Shown here one piece after another: positions 16,547 to 20,000 of a DNA stretch of 20,000 nt. The translations under genes were made by a program, and so were the position numbers. The first letter of the stretch is position 1; each line of letters opens with the position of its first letter. The DNA is from an uncultured virus (IMG/VR IMGVR_UViG_3300020413_000007) (lineage: Duplodnaviria; Heunggongvirae; Uroviricota; Caudoviricetes). Below the pieces are notes generated by a model. The model was not told the origin of the DNA. It saw only the letters and a program-made list of their open reading frames with translations, and did no database searches. The stretch lies in the IMG/VR virus record IMGVR_UViG_3300020413_000007, one strand, 5' to 3'.

Positions 16547-17610
16547 TGTTAGGAAAACATTTTTATCACGAAATTCTTAGAAAGACTATTATTGGTTTTG
16601 GAACTATATTTAATAATATAGAATTACAAAGAACTGATAATGCTGGGAATGTCGTACAAACAACTAAAGTTCCTTTGAACTATGGCCCAAGAGAAAAGTT
16701 TCTTGCAAGAATAGAGGCGGAACCTTCATTGGATGGTCGTGCTGAAACACAAATTACATTACCTAGAATTTCATTTGAAATGAAAGGTATTAATTATGAT
16801 CCATCTAGAAAGTTAGGCCCCGTACAAATACAAAGATCACAAAAAACTAGTGATACAGAAAAGAGTTACTCTACATACAGTCCTGTACCATATAACTGTG
16901 AATTTGAATTAAACATTTTAAGTAAAAATAACGAAGACTCTGTACAAATATTAGAACAGATTTTACCTTATTTTCAACCGATGTTTAATATTACAATTAA
17001 TTTAATAACATCAATTAGTGAAAAGAAAGATATACCTATAATTTTAAACAATGTTGGAATCTACGATGACTATGAATCAGATATGAGTACAAGAAGAACC
17101 TTGATTCATACTCTTAATTTTACAGCAAAGACATATATGTACGGACCTGTATCTACTGCTGAAATGATTAGGAAGGTTAATGTTGATATTAGTGCTGCAA
17201 TGACAACTGGATCTAGACACGTTAGATACAGTACAGAACCAGCTGCTAAAGTTGATCAGAACAGAGATGGTACATCAATTCCACCTACACAGTTTAATGT
17301 TTCTAGTAATACTATTACATTATCAAGTCATGGATTTGTTACTCAGGATAAGGTTACATACAATCAAGACACATCTGGTACACCTGTTGGTGGATTAACT
17401 GATAAGAATAATTACTATATAATTAAAATTGACAATGATAACTTTAGAGTTGCAAAATCAAAATCTTATGCTAGACAAGGATTTGCAATTGACATTACTG
17501 CACAACCTACAGGTAATGATCATAAGTTCTCTGTAATCAATACATTAGATGATGCATTTATGGATGCAGGCGATGACTTTGGATTCAATGAAAGCTGGAC
17601 TAATTTCTAA
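16546..17610 (+). CDS. gp15: Tail sheath stabiliser / tail terminator gp15
   Basis: MLGKHFYHEILRKTIIGFGTIFNNI, VPLNYGPREKFLAR, TLPRISFE, PVPYN..FEL.I......QILEQILPYFQP, DIPIIL, FTAKTYMYGP, C-terminal DDFGFNE. TAATG overlap with gp14. Confidence 0.96.
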   Translation: MLGKHFYHEILRKTIIGFGTIFNNIELQRTDNAGNVVQTTKVPLNYGPREKFLARIEAEPSLDGRAETQITLPRISFEMKGINYDPSRKLGPVQIQRSQKTSDTEKSYSTYSPVPYNCEFELNILSKNNEDSVQILEQILPYFQPMFNITINLITSISEKKDIPIILNNVGIYDDYESDMSTRRTLIHTLNFTAKTYMYGPVSTAEMIRKVNVDISAAMTTGSRHVRYSTEPAAKVDQNRDGTSIPPTQFNVSSNTITLSSHGFVTQDKVTYNQDTSGTPVGGLTDKNNYYIIKIDNDNFRVAKSKSYARQGFAIDITAQPTGNDHKFSVINTLDDAFMDAGDDFGFNESWTNF

Positions 17611-18029
17611 TGAGTGATACATTTGACAAATTAAATAACACCTTCAATATAGAGGTTGATAATACAGGTGAGATGCCCAATAAATTATCAAAGGTAACGA
17701 ATGAACCTCCAACAGGAGAGACAGATGTTCATGATGATTATCAATATAGTCGTGCTCAATTATATTCATTGATTGAGAAGGGTCAAGAAGCGATTCAAGG
17801 CGCTTTAGATGTTGCACAGAACACAGATCACCCTAGAGCATATGAAGTCGCTGGTAACTTAATTAAAAACATAGCAGATATTGCAGATAAATTATTAGAT
17901 ACACAGAAAAAACTAAAAGATATAGAAGAAGAAAAACCAAAAGGTCCTTCTACAGTAAATAATTCAGTATTTGTTGGTTCTACAGCAGAACTGCAAAAAA
18001 TACTTAAACAAAAAATGTCAGATAAATAG
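17610..18029 (+). CDS. gp16: Terminase small subunit gp16
   Basis: DYQYSRAQLYSLIEKGQEAI...A....HPRAYEVAGNLIK..AD..DKL.D.QKK.K....NNSVFVGSTAELQK.LK; follows gp15 with a TAATG overlap. Confidence 0.96.
   Translation: MSDTFDKLNNTFNIEVDNTGEMPNKLSKVTNEPPTGETDVHDDYQYSRAQLYSLIEKGQEAIQGALDVAQNTDHPRAYEVAGNLIKNIADIADKLLDTQKKLKDIEEEKPKGPSTVNNSVFVGSTAELQKILKQKMSDK
18021..18028 (+). promoter_or_regulatory. Late promoter (GATAAATA)
   Basis: NATAAATA at the end of gp16, 22 nt upstream of the ATG at 18051; GAGGA SD at 18038. Confidence 0.7.
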
Positions 18030-18050
18030 AATTAAACGAGGATAAAAGTC

Positions 18051-18311
18051 ATGTTATTAAAAGGTGTAGAAGCAGCATTGGGTACTAACACTGCTGGTGC
18101 TAATATTTTTAGTAATGCGAGACTGGTTCGTGTTGTGAATACAACTACTACTGCACATCTAGTTACACTAGTGGCATCAGTTGGTGGATCAGCACTTGGT
18201 TCTTTTACTTTAATCGGTGGTGAGTCAGTCTTATTAGAAAAAGAACCATTAAACGGTATCTTTGCTGCAAATGCTGGAGTTAAAGCTTCTGCTGTAGGAT
18301 ATACAAACTAA
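18051..18311 (+). CDS. Small conserved cyanophage protein, probable virion decoration (beta-rich)
   Basis: 86 aa, Ala/Gly-rich, ARLVRVVN...VT......LGSFTL.......LEKEP...IFA...VKA.AVGY; has an upstream late promoter and SD. Confidence 0.75.
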   Translation: MLLKGVEAALGTNTAGANIFSNARLVRVVNTTTTAHLVTLVASVGGSALGSFTLIGGESVLLEKEPLNGIFAANAGVKASAVGYTN

Positions 18312-18571
18312 TGGAATGGGATCTAGAAGATCTTAAACAATCCATTATACAAAGTTCTATTGATCATGAAAAAATTATGGACGACACATTTATTGAATCT
18401 TTGAAATCAGAGGGCTTTGTTTATGATGAAGACAAAGACAGATGGTTTCGTTTATGGAATGATGGTGATGATATTGGTTTAGAATTATATAAGAAACAAC
18501 CTGACGGTAAATGGGAACAAATTTTGTCAGGTCAAAGTGAGGATAGTGCTTTCCATGAAGATATCATATAG
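18311..18571 (+). CDS. Acidic hypothetical protein
   Basis: 86 aa, TAATG coupling to the upstream ORF, Asp/Glu/Trp-rich. Confidence 0.7.
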   Translation: MEWDLEDLKQSIIQSSIDHEKIMDDTFIESLKSEGFVYDEDKDRWFRLWNDGDDIGLELYKKQPDGKWEQILSGQSEDSAFHEDII

Positions 18572-18764
18572 AACTTGTTTAGCATGTGATTCAACATGGT
18601 TAGAAGGACAATTATACTGGAGTGACGGTAAAATTGGATGTCCACATGATCTTGCAGGCTTACTTTGTAATGATCTGAAAGATCCAGATTGTATAAATCC
18701 ATGTAAGGGGTCCAATAGCGGAACCACATGGGAACATAAAAGATTTTGGCAAGATAAAAAATGA
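18555..18764 (+). CDS. Cys-rich small protein (putative metal binding)
   Basis: ATG at 18555 preferred over the track's start at 18537 because of the upstream GAGGA. MKISYRTCLACDSTWLEGQLYWSDGKIGCPHDLAGLLCNDLKDPDCINPCKGSNSGTTWEHKRFWQDKK has six Cys including CxxC. Confidence 0.8.
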   Translation: MKISYRTCLACDSTWLEGQLYWSDGKIGCPHDLAGLLCNDLKDPDCINPCKGSNSGTTWEHKRFWQDKK

Positions 18765-18910
18765 AACTAGAAATTAAAAAATCACTTAAATATCTTTGTT
18801 CAGTAATTATCATTGGACAATTGTGTGTAATTATGGTACAATTAAACCGTAAATCAGGATTTACATGTAGAATGTCTCCTGATAGAATTGTTTATTGCTT
18901 ACAAAGATGA
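18761..18910 (+). CDS. 49-aa putative single-pass membrane protein (not in the ORF track)
   Basis: ATGA overlap with the upstream stop. MKLEIKKSLKYLCSVIIIGQLCVIMVQLNRKSGFTCRMSPDRIVYCLQR*: basic N-terminus, hydrophobic segment, C-terminal Cys pair. Confidence 0.65.
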   Translation: MKLEIKKSLKYLCSVIIIGQLCVIMVQLNRKSGFTCRMSPDRIVYCLQR

Positions 18911-18990
18911 TCACACCAAGAGCTCCTAAACCTAAGATAAGTTTTTTTGAAAGACTTCTAAGGTTATGGAATAAAGACAAGAATAGGTAA
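18907..18990 (+). CDS. 27-aa basic amphipathic peptide (not in the ORF track)
   Basis: ATGA overlap. MITPRAPKPKISFFERLLRLWNKDKNR*. Confidence 0.45.
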   Translation: MITPRAPKPKISFFERLLRLWNKDKNR

Positions 18991-19006
18991 AAATACCTTT
19001 GTTGTC
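18976..19006 (+). terminator. Stem-loop ending the 18051-18990 ORF chain (possible terminator or processing hairpin)
   Basis: GACAA-gaat-AGGTA-aaaa-TACCT-ttg-TTGTC; overlaps the stop at 18988-18990 and abuts the late promoter. AT-rich with no clean U-tract, so function is uncertain. Confidence 0.35.
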
Positions 19007-19013
19007 ATAAATA
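19006..19013 (+). promoter_or_regulatory. Late promoter (CATAAATA)
   Basis: NATAAATA in the largest intergenic gap of the accessory region, 34 nt upstream of the GTG at 19048. Confidence 0.75.
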
Positions 19014-19047
19014 ATAGTGTAAAATTACGGGCCCACGGCTTAAAATC

Positions 19048-19212
19048 GTGTCTCACTATACAGTCGGTTATCACGACTTACAACATCATCATTATGAAAT
19101 ATGTGAATATGCTACTGATGCATACGAAGCAAGAATAGAAGCATTGGAGGATGTTCCTGATTTGAAAGGGCATCCTCATTTTATTGACTATGTTACTAAG
19201 GAGGAACAATGA
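19048..19212 (+). CDS. 54-aa His-rich protein, GTG start (not in the ORF track)
   Basis: MSHYTVGYHDLQHHHYEICEYATDAYEARIEALEDVPDLKGHPHFIDYVTKEEQ*. In-frame stop upstream at 19015 with no ATG between; ATGA coupling to the next ORF. Resembles a small conserved picocyanobacterial/cyanophage protein (from recall, not searched). Confidence 0.8.
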   Translation: MSHYTVGYHDLQHHHYEICEYATDAYEARIEALEDVPDLKGHPHFIDYVTKEEQ

Positions 19213-19313
19213 AAAACTTACCAATCAAATCATCATGTATTCTTTTTGGTTTAATTATTGGAACAGGATCTTTTCTTATACCAATAGCATGGGCTCATCC
19301 TATATTAGCATAA
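19209..19313 (+). CDS. 34-aa hydrophobic single-TM or signal-like peptide (not in the ORF track)
   Basis: Strong AAGGAGG SD at about 19198-19204 and ATGA overlap. MKNLPIKSSCILFGLIIGTGSFLIPIAWAHPILA*. Confidence 0.7.
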   Translation: MKNLPIKSSCILFGLIIGTGSFLIPIAWAHPILA

Positions 19314-19316
19314 AAA

Positions 19317-19556
19317 ATGGAATTAAATGATTTTAATGTGAACAGTGTGCTTGACGAAATACGTCCTTACATTGAAGCAGATGGAGGAATACTTGAGTAC
19401 GTTGCAATAGATTACCTTAAAGAAGGACCTATTGTAATGATTAGAATGTTGGGTGCTTGTGCTGGATGTGCTATGAGCGCCCAAACTTTAACTATGGGTA
19501 TTGAACAAGCAATTAAAGATAAATTTCCAGAAGTTCAACAAGTTATCAATGTATGA
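19317..19556 (+). CDS. nifU: NifU C-terminal domain / NfuA-like Fe-S cluster carrier
   Basis: V..VLDEIRPYIEADGG.LEYV......V.IRMLGAC.GC.MS..TL.MGIE..IK..FPEV..V: the standalone NifU-domain signature with an intact CxxC (CAGC). Confidence 0.93.
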   Translation: MELNDFNVNSVLDEIRPYIEADGGILEYVAIDYLKEGPIVMIRMLGACAGCAMSAQTLTMGIEQAIKDKFPEVQQVINV

Positions 19557-19663
19557 ATGAAGTTGTTTGGTCAATCAATATAATGTGTGGTATACTGTTG
19601 ATAGCAGTAGGTATTGTAATTTACTACATATTTAAGTACGATGAATTTTGGCCTAATGAATAA
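19553..19663 (+). CDS. 36-aa single-TM protein (not in the ORF track)
   Basis: ATGA overlap with the nifU stop. MNEVVWSINIMCGILLIAVGIVIYYIFKYDEFWPNE*, with a ~22-aa hydrophobic helix. Confidence 0.75.
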   Translation: MNEVVWSINIMCGILLIAVGIVIYYIFKYDEFWPNE

Positions 19664-19931
19664 AAAACTGATTACTGTTTTGAGTATTCTAAGTCTTTCT
19701 GCAGCTGTTAAAGCTGAATTAGTAGCAGATTTTACTGATGAAAATTTTGATATGAATGTATTTGCTCAAGAATGGAATCAGGGGTTGAGAGAATGGGAAT
19801 CGGAGAAACGTAGAACCGATCCAGAAACATCTATAAATAAAGCATTAACAGGATTCTGGGAGGAAAATTATGGGAGCGATGATACCCCCAAGCAGGAAGA
19901 GTTGTTACAACTTCCGAGTGACGGAGATTAA
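19656..19931 (+). CDS. Acidic protein with Sec-type signal peptide
   Basis: Start at 19656 (MNKKLITVLSILSLSAAVKA|ELVAD...) gives classic n/h/c regions and an 8-nt overlap with the upstream ORF. The ATG at 19641 is an alternative start. Confidence 0.7.
   Translation: MNKKLITVLSILSLSAAVKAELVADFTDENFDMNVFAQEWNQGLREWESEKRRTDPETSINKALTGFWEENYGSDDTPKQEELLQLPSDGD
19832..19839 (+). promoter_or_regulatory. Late promoter TATAAATA embedded in the upstream CDS
   Basis: Exact consensus 30 nt upstream of the nuclease ATG (19870), followed by GGAGG SD at 19859-19863. Confidence 0.6.
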
Positions 19932-20000
19932 TCGTGTTGTTGACGGCGATACTATTGATGTCACCATTGATCTTGGGTTTGACTTATACAAGAAAGAAAG
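19870..20000 (+). CDS. Staphylococcal nuclease (thermonuclease)-like endonuclease, 3'-truncated by the window (not in the ORF track)
   Basis: GGAGG SD, then MGAMIPPSRKSCYNFRVTEINRVVDGDTIDVTIDLGFDLYKKE..; RVVDGDTI is the SNase catalytic-loop motif. Overlaps the upstream CDS by 62 nt. Confidence 0.88.
   Translation, partial: MGAMIPPSRKSCYNFRVTEINRVVDGDTIDVTIDLGFDLYKKE

Noticed and set aside
15557..17532. Inserts in gp14 and gp15 as inteins or introns
   Set aside because: Both are in frame, lack intein termini (no C-terminal His-Asn followed by C/S/T) and homing-endonuclease motifs, and resemble structural beta modules.
18311..18571. Fusion of two micro-ORFs (internal Met at MDDTFIES)
   Set aside because: The internal ATG has no clear SD, and the idea cannot be supported without homologue alignments.
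2175..18813. All minus-strand ORFs in the track (e.g. 2500-2832, 2845-3081, 8503-8751, 14914-15183, 18532-18813)
   Set aside because: They are short antisense shadows overlapping well-supported + strand genes, with no recognisable motifs or expression signals.
8050..19431. Avoidance of GGWCC (AvaII-type) sites
   Set aside because: GGACC and GGTCC occur several times (e.g. near 8051, 17143, 17943, 19425).
1..20000. tRNA, rRNA or mobile elements
   Set aside because: Intergenic gaps are all under about 60 nt, and no cloverleaf, transposase, integrase or homing endonuclease was seen.

Overview
AT-rich, almost wall-to-wall + strand coding segment of a T4-like marine cyanomyovirus (Kyanoviridae-type; a Prochlorococcus-like host is an inference from low GC and gene content). 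Gene order: 3' end of a very large baseplate wedge protein (gp7-like, open from base 1), gp8, a 2047-aa VrlC/DUF4815-type virion protein, three small virion genes, a 710-aa fibre, a 57-aa coiled-coil ORF, gp13, an expanded gp14, an expanded gp15 and gp16. The g16-g17 variable interval follows, with about 11 small, mostly translationally coupled ORFs (six absent from the supplied ORF track), including Cys-rich, His-rich, single-TM, NifU/NfuA-like and SNase-like nuclease genes. T4-type late promoters (NATAAATA) punctuate the region. Main observations: (1) the seven ~100-aa repeats of the gp7-like protein are recursively nested inside one another like balanced parentheses rather than arranged in tandem, and similar domain-in-domain insertions occur in gp14, gp15, the fibre and the gp7 C-terminus; (2) all 11 CCWGG sites found by eye are CCWGGC, i.e. 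Pro-Gly always uses the otherwise uncommon GGC codon; (3) a late-promoter-led cassette with a structured leader encodes a His-rich peptide, a TM peptide and NifU. Family assignments come from motif recognition and synteny; no database searches were run.
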